A DNA stretch of 64,000 nucleotides from Promethearchaeota archaeon. GTDB taxonomy: Archaea > Asgardarchaeota > Lokiarchaeia > Sigyniarchaeales > SOKP01. Both the position numbers and the translations under genes were made by a program. This document shows, one piece after another, positions 50,712 to 59,920 of the stretch. The DNA is taken from assembly GCA_030599585.1 (NCBI GenBank), contig JAUVNS010000014.1:32001-96000 (forward strand), given 5' to 3'. The notes beneath the pieces are model-generated. The model made no database searches, was not told the origin of the DNA, and saw nothing but the letters and a program-made list of their open reading frames with translations. How positions within the stretch are numbered: position 1 is the stretch's first letter; each line of letters opens with the position of its first letter.

Positions 50712-50849
50712 ATGAGTACAAACATTAAACGCAGAACCTACGTAAAAAAAAGGCAGAAAAGGCTTACAAGAAATTCATTAATATTAATTTCTATACTTTT
50801 TCTTAGTGTTATAATAAGTATTGTCGTAACACTTATCGCATTACCTTAA
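50712..50849 (+). CDS. 45-aa tail-anchored membrane microprotein, not in ORF track
   Basis: MSTNIKRRTYVKKRQKRLTRNSLILISILFLSVIISIVVTLIALP*; ATG is 2 nt after the gelsolin stop. Confidence 0.7.
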   Translation: MSTNIKRRTYVKKRQKRLTRNSLILISILFLSVIISIVVTLIALP

Positions 50850-50918
50850 TTTTTGTTAGGAATTGTTACCTTCATTCGTAGATTAATTAAAGCACTCTAA
50901 ATTATTTTTTCTTGAAGA

Positions 50919-51644
50919 ATGAAAATAAAACGAATGGATATAATTTTCTTTATTATTTTAGGGACAATTACAGTAATCTCTATAGATTTTATACTAAATG
51001 AATCTCATCGAGCTATTATTGAAAACATAGGAAGTATACCCCCATTTCAAGACCTCGCTTCTGGGTTATTAATAACATTTTTAGTATGTTTGATAGGAAA
51101 TCTATTACCCATACCAACGCCTTATACATTTGTGGTATGTTTTAGTTCCTTACCCTTTTTACAACTGAATCTTTTCATTCCTATTGTTGTCGCTTTTATT
51201 GCTAGTTTAGGATGCATGATTGGAGAAATTGGGGGATATATTGTAGGTAGAGGGGCTTCTTCATTTATATCTGAAGACCGTAGTCAGAATCTGAAGAAAT
51301 ACCAACTATTCTTAATAGAGCATCCAAGGACCGCACCCCTTTTAATTTTTATATTTGGTCTTACACCCTTAAATGATGATTTCATAACAATACCTCTTGG
51401 AATCATTAAATATAGTTTTCTAAAGACAATTTTTTGGGTTTGGTTGGGCAAATTGGGTTTGATGCTGATTTTTTCCTATAATTTATTAAGTATTTGTAGC
51501 CTCTTAGGAGGAGATAGCTGGTTTATTTCAATTGTTTCAATGTATTTGATTACTATTCTACTGTATTTAATGATAAAAATAGACTTATTAGATTTTTATA
51601 ACAAACTCGTAGAGAAGGTTCATAAAATAAAGGAGAAAAGCTAA
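50919..51644 (+). CDS. DedA/VTT-family membrane protein
   Basis: GCMIGEIGGYIVGR, FGLTPLNDD..IPLG. Confidence 0.8.
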   Translation: MKIKRMDIIFFIILGTITVISIDFILNESHRAIIENIGSIPPFQDLASGLLITFLVCLIGNLLPIPTPYTFVVCFSSLPFLQLNLFIPIVVAFIASLGCMIGEIGGYIVGRGASSFISEDRSQNLKKYQLFLIEHPRTAPLLIFIFGLTPLNDDFITIPLGIIKYSFLKTIFWVWLGKLGLMLIFSYNLLSICSLLGGDSWFISIVSMYLITILLYLMIKIDLLDFYNKLVEKVHKIKEKS

Positions 51645-51673
51645 TTTCTCCGTATACTAATAATTTGAACGAT

Positions 51674-51781
51674 TTATTTTTCTTCTCTAATTTCTATACC
51701 GTCAGGCAAAGTAACACTATCAACCATTAATCCTTCTGCTTTCCGATAATCGTCAAAAGTTCTGGCTTCAACTTTTTTCAA
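51674..51781 (-). pseudogene. Orphan C-terminal remnant of a second MttB-family paralog
   Basis: LKKVEARTFDDYRKAEGLMVDSVTLPDGIEIREEK* aligns with the upstream gene tail IKEIEARPLKLYMDAEGISGGSVNITGTEISLEKS*. Confidence 0.75.
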
Positions 51782-53294
51782 GTGAAATCTCGGTACCAGT
51801 AATATTCACAGAACCGCCACTAATGCCTTCAGCATCCATATATAGTTTAAGGGGGCGTGCTTCAATTTCTTTTATTAGAGCCAATAATTGAGTATCTACA
51901 TCCTTAGCAAGTTCATAGGGTTGATAATCCGCTAACACTTGATCAACTTTCGTCCTAGCTCGCTCAATAATGTCTTTCGAACCTTTTTTTTTCCAAGTAG
52001 ATCGTCTACCTCGGTCAATCAATTTAGGGAAATAAAGTTCTTTATGCATATACTTTCTTGTGTGAGATTCTGCAAGGAAATTTTTCCCTTTTTGTTCGCT
52101 AGTTGCTACATTTTTGATTATATCAATCGCTATTGTATCTTCATTAACATTAATACCTTCCATTGCTCGTTTTACTAAGCCAGCAAGTTCATCGTCAATT
52201 ACTAATAGTTCTAACGCTTCTGCTAAAGATGATTCATAAGTACCCGCACAGGTTATATAATTAATTCCAGCTTGTGCTGCTAGTGACATAGTGGAAAAAC
52301 GCTCAAAACCATTTTGTACATCAAAACATTTTGATTCAGTAACTCCACCAGGACCACGTGAAGGAATGTTAAAATAACGCGCAATTTGAGCTATAGCAAT
52401 GGTTATTAAGCTTGATTCTATAGCCCCTAAGGCAGAATTTCCAGAGCGCATATCAGTGGCACATGAAACTGTACCAAAGAATACTGGACTTATTGGACTG
52501 AAAACTTGAGCTAGAATTATACCACCAATTATCTCGGCACATGTCTGAGCTAATAAACCGGCTAATGTAACTGGGGCAGTTGTGCCTGCAAGAGCTTCTG
52601 GAGCTACAATTACAGGTTGCTTATATTTTGCAAAGACTTCTAAACCATTTGTCATAAGTTTTGGTAATTGTAAAGGACTTGTAGGATTCATAAAGCCAAC
52701 TAATCGCGGTCGTTTAATTAAGTCTTCTTCACTCCCAACTATAAGAGATGTAATATTCATCATATCTTGGCTTGCTAACTTCCCAAGGCAGCCCAGTCCA
52801 TAAGGTTTCTTAGTATTCTTCGCCCATTGATACAAACAATGTGCATGAACCGCTGTAAACTTAACATCACTGGGCCAAACATCAATATGAGAGCAGTTTA
52901 TGTTCTTAAGGCTATCCACTACACGGATTTGCTGTATTGTATCGGCTAAAACTGATTTCTTTAATTTATTTTTTCCTAAAGGATCATAGATTCTAACTGG
53001 AGTTCCGATCGTGGCAAATTGAGTCGTTTTAGTATTGACTTCAAAATTAAATGATCCATCGGGACCATGTAATTTAAATGATTCTGGTACTAATTTTAGC
53101 AAGTCTTTGGTAACATTCTCGGGAAATTTTACAAAAGATGATAAATTATCAAGAATAGCTCCTTTTTCTTCACATCTCTTACGAGATTTCTCATCATCTA
53201 TTTTAATTCCGATTATTTCGAGGATTCTTAGAGCTGAGCTAGTAATTGCTTCGATTTCTTCTTTGGAAAGAACTTCCAACTTTTTTAACTTCAT
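51768..53294 (-). CDS. Trimethylamine methyltransferase (MttB) superfamily, non-pyrrolysine member
   Basis: TSPL, GTTAPVTLAG.LAQ..AE, TDMRSG, PSRGPGGVTESK..DVQNGFE, LVIDDE; no in-frame TAG. Confidence 0.9.
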   Translation of the reverse strand: MKLKKLEVLSKEEIEAITSSALRILEIIGIKIDDEKSRKRCEEKGAILDNLSSFVKFPENVTKDLLKLVPESFKLHGPDGSFNFEVNTKTTQFATIGTPVRIYDPLGKNKLKKSVLADTIQQIRVVDSLKNINCSHIDVWPSDVKFTAVHAHCLYQWAKNTKKPYGLGCLGKLASQDMMNITSLIVGSEEDLIKRPRLVGFMNPTSPLQLPKLMTNGLEVFAKYKQPVIVAPEALAGTTAPVTLAGLLAQTCAEIIGGIILAQVFSPISPVFFGTVSCATDMRSGNSALGAIESSLITIAIAQIARYFNIPSRGPGGVTESKCFDVQNGFERFSTMSLAAQAGINYITCAGTYESSLAEALELLVIDDELAGLVKRAMEGINVNEDTIAIDIIKNVATSEQKGKNFLAESHTRKYMHKELYFPKLIDRGRRSTWKKKGSKDIIERARTKVDQVLADYQPYELAKDVDTQLLALIKEIEARPLKLYMDAEGISGGSVNITGTEISLEKS

Positions 53295-53313
53295 ATTATT
53301 CTCTTCTCTTAGT

Positions 53314-53964
53314 TTATTCTGATATATTTAATAATTTCTTTACTAAAGCAATCGTTTCAATTGCATCATCGGCCCATCCATCAGCGCCAATATTTTCAGC
53401 CCAATCATCTGAAGTAGGAGATCCCCCAACGATCACTTTATATTTATCTCTCAACCCTCTCTTCTCAAGCGCCTCTATAACTTGCTTCTGAAAGACCATC
53501 GACATTGTTAGAAGAGAGGATAATCCTATGATATCAGCACCTATTTCTTCTGCTTTTGAAATGAATTGATCTGCTGTTACCTCAACTCCGAGGTTATACA
53601 CTTCAAATCCATTCGAAAATAAAAATGAGCCGACTAAATCCTTCCCAATACTATGTACATCACTTTCTACCGTCCCTATAACGATTTTTCCCATAGATTT
53701 CTTTTCTTCTCCACTAGCTCTAATAGCAGGATCTAGAATCTCATCAATTACTGCTTTTACAGTTTCAGCAGAGCCTATGAGTTCTGGAAGAAATATTTCT
53801 TCCTCTTCGAACTGATCTCCTACAAATTTCATAATATCACCTATGATTTTCAACAACCCAGAAGCCGTTGCTTCGTTACTTTTTAGGAGAGTTTGACAAT
53901 ATTCTTTCAAGTCCTCTGTCTCCCATTCAACAACGAATTTTTTTATTTTATCTTTAATAGACAC
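53314..53964 (-). CDS. Methyltransferase cognate corrinoid protein
   Basis: IFLPEL, GTVESDVHSIGK, GLSSLLT, VGG. Confidence 0.92.
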   Translation of the reverse strand: MSIKDKIKKFVVEWETEDLKEYCQTLLKSNEATASGLLKIIGDIMKFVGDQFEEEEIFLPELIGSAETVKAVIDEILDPAIRASGEEKKSMGKIVIGTVESDVHSIGKDLVGSFLFSNGFEVYNLGVEVTADQFISKAEEIGADIIGLSSLLTMSMVFQKQVIEALEKRGLRDKYKVIVGGSPTSDDWAENIGADGWADDAIETIALVKKLLNISE

Positions 53965-54093
53965 TTTCTTTACAACTTGTAAATTATATTTTTTGTATTA
54001 TGATATAATCATTGGGAAAAAAAGTTTTTCATAAATCATAGTTTTATTATAATAAAAATATCCACCATCTTTAATTTCGAGAAGGAATGAATA

Positions 54094-55377
54094 ATGAATG
54101 ACGAGAACAGACCAAAAACAATGGATCAAAAAAATAAAGAACTACGAGAAAAATGGGATAAATTACATTTTGATTCGCAACAAGGAAGAGCCGGTGAAGA
54201 CCCATACCCTACAACGTCTGATAGCTTAAGAATCCCACTATATGCAACAAAATCATATGCATATTCTTCCTTAACAGAATTATTAAAAAGCCATTATTTT
54301 TACTCGAGAACAGAAAATCCAACATTATATGCTTTAGATCAGAAGCTTGCCACGCTTCACGGTGGCGAATCAGCTGTTTCTGTAGCTTCTGGAATGGCTG
54401 CAGTACATTTAGCGTGCTCGAGCGTACTACAGCAACGCGTAGATAGAGCTAGACCAAAAAAATTAAAAGTATTACTACCTCAAACCAATCCCGATTATAT
54501 TCCAAATGTCATTATCCATAATAATCAATACACAGGGGTGTATCGATTGTTGACAAAAATCTATTCACAAATCGGAGTAATGACTAAAATCGTTGATCTA
54601 ACAAATCTGTCAGAATTAAAAAACGCTATCGATGAAAGCACAAAATTGGTTTTTGTGGAAACTCCATCTAACCCAAATTTAGACATATTAGATATTCAAG
54701 GATGCGCTGATCTAATTCACGAAGTAAATGGAAAATGTATCGTTGATAATACATTTGCTTCCCCAGCACTACAAAAACCTTTGAAGTTCGGAGCTGATTT
54801 AGTAGTAGAAAGTTTAACGAAATATGTCAATGGACATGGCGATACATTAGGTGGTGTGATAATTGGTCCAAAAATAGAATTGCAAAACATTAGATATTTT
54901 TGGTTAGAAACGCAAGGAGCCGTGATGAATCCCTTTAGTGCTTGGCTTATTCTGAGGGGTTGTAGAACGCTTAGTTTAAGGATGGAGCGCCATTGTTCAA
55001 ACGCATTGAAAATAGCTGACTATTTAGAATCGCATCCAAAAGTAGTAAAAGTGATATATCCGGGTTTAAAATCTCACCCGAACCATGAATTAGCTAAGAA
55101 GCAAATGAAAGCATTCGGAGGTATGATTGGATTTGAATTAGAGACAGTAGAGAAATGTTACAAGTTTATAGATTTATTAAAACTAATTAAAGTTGGTGTT
55201 TCCCTCGGAGATACTACGTCTTTAATTGAATATACATCAGTTATGACGGGAATCGATCTCGCATCGTGGGAAAAACGAAGAATGAACATGTCAAACACGC
55301 ACTTCCGATTTTCAATAGGTTTAGAAGATTCTAACGACTTAATTAATGATTTAGAACAAGCATTAAAAAAAATATAA
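54094..55377 (+). CDS. PLP-dependent Cys/Met metabolism lyase (methionine gamma-lyase/cystathionine family), divergent
   Basis: YSRTENPT, SGMAA, ETPSNP, VDNTF, SLTKYVNGHGD, VSLG. Confidence 0.88.
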   Translation: MNDENRPKTMDQKNKELREKWDKLHFDSQQGRAGEDPYPTTSDSLRIPLYATKSYAYSSLTELLKSHYFYSRTENPTLYALDQKLATLHGGESAVSVASGMAAVHLACSSVLQQRVDRARPKKLKVLLPQTNPDYIPNVIIHNNQYTGVYRLLTKIYSQIGVMTKIVDLTNLSELKNAIDESTKLVFVETPSNPNLDILDIQGCADLIHEVNGKCIVDNTFASPALQKPLKFGADLVVESLTKYVNGHGDTLGGVIIGPKIELQNIRYFWLETQGAVMNPFSAWLILRGCRTLSLRMERHCSNALKIADYLESHPKVVKVIYPGLKSHPNHELAKKQMKAFGGMIGFELETVEKCYKFIDLLKLIKVGVSLGDTTSLIEYTSVMTGIDLASWEKRRMNMSNTHFRFSIGLEDSNDLINDLEQALKKI

Positions 55378-55393
55378 AAAAAAAAGAGATAAA

Positions 55394-56770
55394 TTAAGAA
55401 GATCTTACTTTCTCGAGTTTATCTTTATGTAATTCGGCGAGTTTTTCTTTCATCCCTAATACTTTCGTCTTTGAAAAAGGGTAGAAATATAGACAAACTA
55501 AGGAAAGTCCTAAAGCAATAGCAGGCACAATTACAAATAAAAAGCGTAATCCAGTGATTACATCAACTCCAGGATTTGGAACATATACTTCCCAATCTGT
55601 TTCGGTAAAGACAAGACTAATTACTGTGATTGATAAAACCATTGAAAGTCGCATAAAGAAATTAGCAATACCAAAATAGCTTCCTTCTCTTCTAACACCT
55701 GTTTTTAACTCGTCGTCGTCAATAACATCTGCAATAATATACCAAATGAAGTATAACATTCCTCCGAACCCCACTCCCATAAATATTGCTGTTATAAGTG
55801 CAGGTATATATGAATCGATAAAAAGCATAGGGATAGATGCAATCACATAGGCGATCATCGAGAGTCCGTATCCAACTTTTCCTCCTAATTTCACGTCGAG
55901 TTTTTTCCAAAGAAACATCGACACAATCCCAATAATATACAACGCTCCCATGAGGATCGAAGTTTCGAATGCTGAAGTAGTTCCAAGGACCTCTACAGCG
56001 AAAATTGGAAGGATAGAGCCGAGCAATAATAGGATAAACTCATACAAGAAGAACATTCCTACGTAGAGCAGAAATCCTTTATTCTTAAAGGTGTGTTTTA
56101 ACGATTGAAAATAACTAAACTCTTGTTTGTAGTCTAATTTAAATTCTTCTCGTTCTACTGCCCCCCATTTAAGAAAGATTACCATTGCTATTCCGACAAT
56201 TATGACAGTGACAATTCCGTTCGTCAAATATCCATCGACTGTGGCTTGATCTCCAATAAAAATCCCTGGAACGAGTGCTGCTAAAATTAAACCGATGGCT
56301 GCGAGGATTTGACGCATTGTGTTAACTTGGGTTCTTTCTTCTACTGTTGTATACAATTCGGGAAACAAAGAATCTGTAGGAAGTGCAATAAGCGTATAAG
56401 CAGTATCGTATAATATTAACATAATCAGTAAATAAAAGAATTGCGCCATTGCACCACTCATAGGTGGTAACCAGATTAAAATTTCTAAGACTAATACTGG
56501 AATCACACCTATCATGATATATAATCTTCTTCTGCCAAATCTGCTATGTGTTTTGTCGGAAAGGTATCCTATCAACGGATCATTAATTGCATTCCAAATT
56601 GTCCAAATAATGAATGCTGTTCTTATCAAACCAACATCCAAGCCTACAGCAACGAAATAAAAAGTAAATACCCACAGGTTAAAAGCTGCATTTATGAACC
56701 ATTCTACGCCATTACCTATAGAAAAACTCCATTTCTGACCTTTACTAAATTCTGAACTCATATGAATCAA
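55394..56770 (-). CDS. GPH-family (MelB-like) MFS transporter
   Basis: WNAINDPLIGYLSD..RFGRR, ADVIDDDELKTGVRREG. Confidence 0.9.
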   Translation of the reverse strand: MIHMSSEFSKGQKWSFSIGNGVEWFINAAFNLWVFTFYFVAVGLDVGLIRTAFIIWTIWNAINDPLIGYLSDKTHSRFGRRRLYIMIGVIPVLVLEILIWLPPMSGAMAQFFYLLIMLILYDTAYTLIALPTDSLFPELYTTVEERTQVNTMRQILAAIGLILAALVPGIFIGDQATVDGYLTNGIVTVIIVGIAMVIFLKWGAVEREEFKLDYKQEFSYFQSLKHTFKNKGFLLYVGMFFLYEFILLLLGSILPIFAVEVLGTTSAFETSILMGALYIIGIVSMFLWKKLDVKLGGKVGYGLSMIAYVIASIPMLFIDSYIPALITAIFMGVGFGGMLYFIWYIIADVIDDDELKTGVRREGSYFGIANFFMRLSMVLSITVISLVFTETDWEVYVPNPGVDVITGLRFLFVIVPAIALGLSLVCLYFYPFSKTKVLGMKEKLAELHKDKLEKVRSS

Positions 56771-56886
56771 CTTTATTTAAAATAAAATTAATAGTGAATC
56801 TAATTTTCAGTACTATTTTAAATTGATTATAATACTGACTAAAAAGAGTTATTTGATGATCGGCAAAACTCAATATGGTTAAAGAA

Positions 56887-57099
56887 TTACGCTCGAGAAT
56901 ATTTTTCTACGATGTAATTTTGTAAAGACCACGCATATTTTTCAAGATTTAAGAGTAACACTTTCTGTTGAATTTCTCTTAAATACGGTACATCTAAATC
57001 CCCAAATAAATGTTCTAAATGTTCAATCGTATCAAAAATATTTACGATAGTTTTCCAATCTCTTTCCCAATCCTTATCTTGTAGTTCTAATTGATTCAT
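56887..57099 (-). CDS. Small helical hypothetical protein (70 aa)
   Basis: Clean ATG ORF filling an intergenic gap; protein-like amphipathic sequence. Confidence 0.7.
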   Translation of the reverse strand: MNQLELQDKDWERDWKTIVNIFDTIEHLEHLFGDLDVPYLREIQQKVLLLNLEKYAWSLQNYIVEKYSRA

Positions 57100-57214
57100 T
57101 ATATGAGATAATATATTTTTAATTGTTTTTATTGGTTCTATATCAATTCAATAAGAACTTAGATATAAAAATGTTTAGATATCTCGGATTTAGTAATTTA
57201 AATGTAGATATTGA

Positions 57215-58363
57215 TTATTTATACAAATGAAAATGTTTCTCGACTAATTCTTTGATATCGATAAATTCAGAAATATTGATTAACCGGTTTAAATCTTGAA
57301 TATCTAACAGTTTATTTTTATATTTACTATTGAAGTCTTTTGAGAAACCTAACATAAGGTTTTCTACAATTTCATTTTTTTGATTAGTATTAACCACCAA
57401 AGCATACCCGTAATCATTTTCGTACCTAACAACAATATCAGATTTCTTTGTTTGGATCACATCGATTTTATCAGTTTTATCGATAAACTCATTAAGAATA
57501 TGGTTTAAACCAATAAGAATGGTGCCCCATCTTGCTGATTCAATTTTGTTATCTGTTGTATCACCGAAATTATATGAATAAAGCACGATCCCAGATTTAT
57601 GGTAAATATTTACTGAGTATATTCTGTTTGGTAATATAAAAAACATCTCTGGTTTCTTAATAAGCATAATATAAAAAGCAAATGATGAGACCCACAAGAT
57701 TACGATGTATATTTCTCTATAAATGGTTTCTTTAACTGTTATGTAAAGCAACAGCATAATCACAGAAATTGAATAAACCAGTGTATTCAACAAAAGGGTT
57801 GAACCTTCTTGTTTATTTTTTGTTTTGTTGTATATTATGGCCGCGCTATAGAGAAAATTAATCGTAATGAACAATTCGAAGAGAATGAATACAATACTGG
57901 TGGCTATATTAAATTCAAAATATATGTTAGAAGGATCCATTACTGAAAACATGGGTGGAAGTGGACCATTGAAAATTAGAGTCATTGAATCAGGAGTCGC
58001 CAAAGCGCCAACCAATAGCCCAAAAAGAAGAGTAAAATAAATGAAGGGAAATGGTTTAATTTTTTTGTATTGATTAAAAAAAGAATAAATTATGGATGTA
58101 AATAATAAGGTTATAAAACCAGTTACTAATGATATTTTCCACAGTAAGATATTAATATCATAAGATATAAAAATAACTACTGAAAATATAAATAATGTAG
58201 AGTATAGAAGTCCCGCTATAAGTGTATTTGTTATATTTAAGGACGCTATTAAAATTGTACTATATTCATTACGATGTCGAAAAATATGAATTACTGTATA
58301 AGAGCTTAAGATTAAGATGAGGATATAACCAACTATTAAAGAAGTTGAGAGCGTGTAATTCAT
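57215..58363 (-). CDS. 7-TM membrane protein with C-terminal longin-like domain (paralog 2)
   Basis: Seven hydrophobic helices, then IYSVNIYHKSGIVLYSYNF..GTILIGLNHILNEF..IDVI..IVV..GYALVV. Confidence 0.75.
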   Translation of the reverse strand: MNYTLSTSLIVGYILILILSSYTVIHIFRHRNEYSTILIASLNITNTLIAGLLYSTLFIFSVVIFISYDINILLWKISLVTGFITLLFTSIIYSFFNQYKKIKPFPFIYFTLLFGLLVGALATPDSMTLIFNGPLPPMFSVMDPSNIYFEFNIATSIVFILFELFITINFLYSAAIIYNKTKNKQEGSTLLLNTLVYSISVIMLLLYITVKETIYREIYIVILWVSSFAFYIMLIKKPEMFFILPNRIYSVNIYHKSGIVLYSYNFGDTTDNKIESARWGTILIGLNHILNEFIDKTDKIDVIQTKKSDIVVRYENDYGYALVVNTNQKNEIVENLMLGFSKDFNSKYKNKLLDIQDLNRLINISEFIDIKELVEKHFHLYK

Positions 58364-58556
58364 AATTTAATGTATAAAAAATTATCTTCCTATTAACTTA
58401 TTAAATACGAAAACCGGTGAGATTTCGTAGAGGCATAGAATAATAATATACCTATTTAAATAAAGAAGAAACACTCATTTTTAAGAATTACTCAACAACA
58501 TTCAAAGTATTATCCCGATATATTTAATCTACTCTGCTATATTTAATTTATATTAC

Positions 58557-59657
58557 TTAAGTCTCTGTTAAATAGTGGCTAAAATTTTTGATGACAAGTT
58601 TATAAGCATTTTTAAACTTAGAAACATCAATTAAACGGTTTAAATTTTGTAAGTTTTCTTCATTAATTTTGGAAAAATCTTGCATAAATTTCTCTACAGC
58701 AGATTCGAGAATGTCATTTTTGTGTTTGGCAATTAATAAGGCAGCATAACCTAATTCTGTATTAAAATTAAAAACTACCGCACGGTCTTTCAATTTTATA
58801 TGAGTTATCTGAGCTTCTACATTAGATAGGTTAGCTAAGATATGACTGATCCCAATTAGAATGCTTCCTTTTAATAGACTCTCATCAACTTCTTCTCTTG
58901 TCTGAAAATTAAAAGAATAAAGTAAAATCCCTGACTTATGGAATATAATTAAATCATATATTTTATTTGTTATTACCGCAAATAAATTAGGCTTTTTAAT
59001 GATAACAACGAGAAAAAATCCAATACTAATAAGATACACTATAGAATGAAATAACTTAAAGTAGGGATTTAAAGAAATTAGATACAAACTGTAAAGAAAA
59101 ATGTTTAAGCTAAAAAGAAACAGTAAGATATAATTAAATTTACCTAATTTCTTGTCAGCAAAATTATGATATCCCTTTATTTGGATAACCCAAGAAAACA
59201 ATATGGTACAAAAATTGAATAGAATAATTGATGTCAGCAATCCTATGTTATTAAATAAGTAGAAATATTCAAAACCTCTCTGGATAACAGTAAAAGAATC
59301 AGGAACTAAGAGTAAACTTAGAATAATTCCTCCTATAAAAATATAAATCAACGAAGGTAGATATCTTACTTTACTGTCTTTGTTTAACTCGAAGTTATGC
59401 ATTGAGGCAAACATTCCTATTGAAAAATTTCTTGTAATAATTGAAATATACCATATTATCAATGCAAAGGGGGTATCGAAAAAATTTTCTGCTGATAAAT
59501 TAAATGAAATAAAGTAGGTGATTTCGCTTATGAAGTATATAATAATTACAGCAAAAAATCCAACTCTAGTTTCATATTTCCCTCTATTTAATAATACATA
59601 AATGACACCAAATACGAAGATTATAACAATAATACTAATAAATATGCTTGCAATCAT
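58557..59657 (-). CDS. 7-TM membrane protein with C-terminal longin-like domain (paralog 1)
   Basis: Seven hydrophobic helices, then IYDLIIFHKSGILLYSFNF..GSILIGISHILANL..ITHI..VVF..GYAALLI. Confidence 0.75.
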   Translation of the reverse strand: MIASIFISIIVIIFVFGVIYVLLNRGKYETRVGFFAVIIIYFISEITYFISFNLSAENFFDTPFALIIWYISIITRNFSIGMFASMHNFELNKDSKVRYLPSLIYIFIGGIILSLLLVPDSFTVIQRGFEYFYLFNNIGLLTSIILFNFCTILFSWVIQIKGYHNFADKKLGKFNYILLFLFSLNIFLYSLYLISLNPYFKLFHSIVYLISIGFFLVVIIKKPNLFAVITNKIYDLIIFHKSGILLYSFNFQTREEVDESLLKGSILIGISHILANLSNVEAQITHIKLKDRAVVFNFNTELGYAALLIAKHKNDILESAVEKFMQDFSKINEENLQNLNRLIDVSKFKNAYKLVIKNFSHYLTET

Positions 59658-59920
59658 CTATTCTATCAGAAATCTTAGGAATGAATTTCGGTTACATTTT
59701 TGTTAAAATATATTAACAAAATATGATATAAACATATATTGGGCTAGCACCTTATAAGAAGTTTTACATGATAAGTAATATAAAATTGATCACTTAATTC
59801 TCTCCTATTGAATTGAGTATTCTTGAAGAACTCGTAATTAAATATAAAACTTTATTCTGGTTAATTAGAAATATAAACTGAAAAAATTTATTTGATTTAT
59901 AGTATCTAATACCCAATTTT

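Noticed and set aside
51768-53294. Pyrrolysine recoding in the MttB gene
   Set aside because: No in-frame TAG; Val at the equivalent position
58405-58430. Inverted repeat TACGAAA-N10-TTTCGTA between the 7TM-longin genes
   Set aside because: A single 7-bp repeat in AT-rich DNA with no second copy identified
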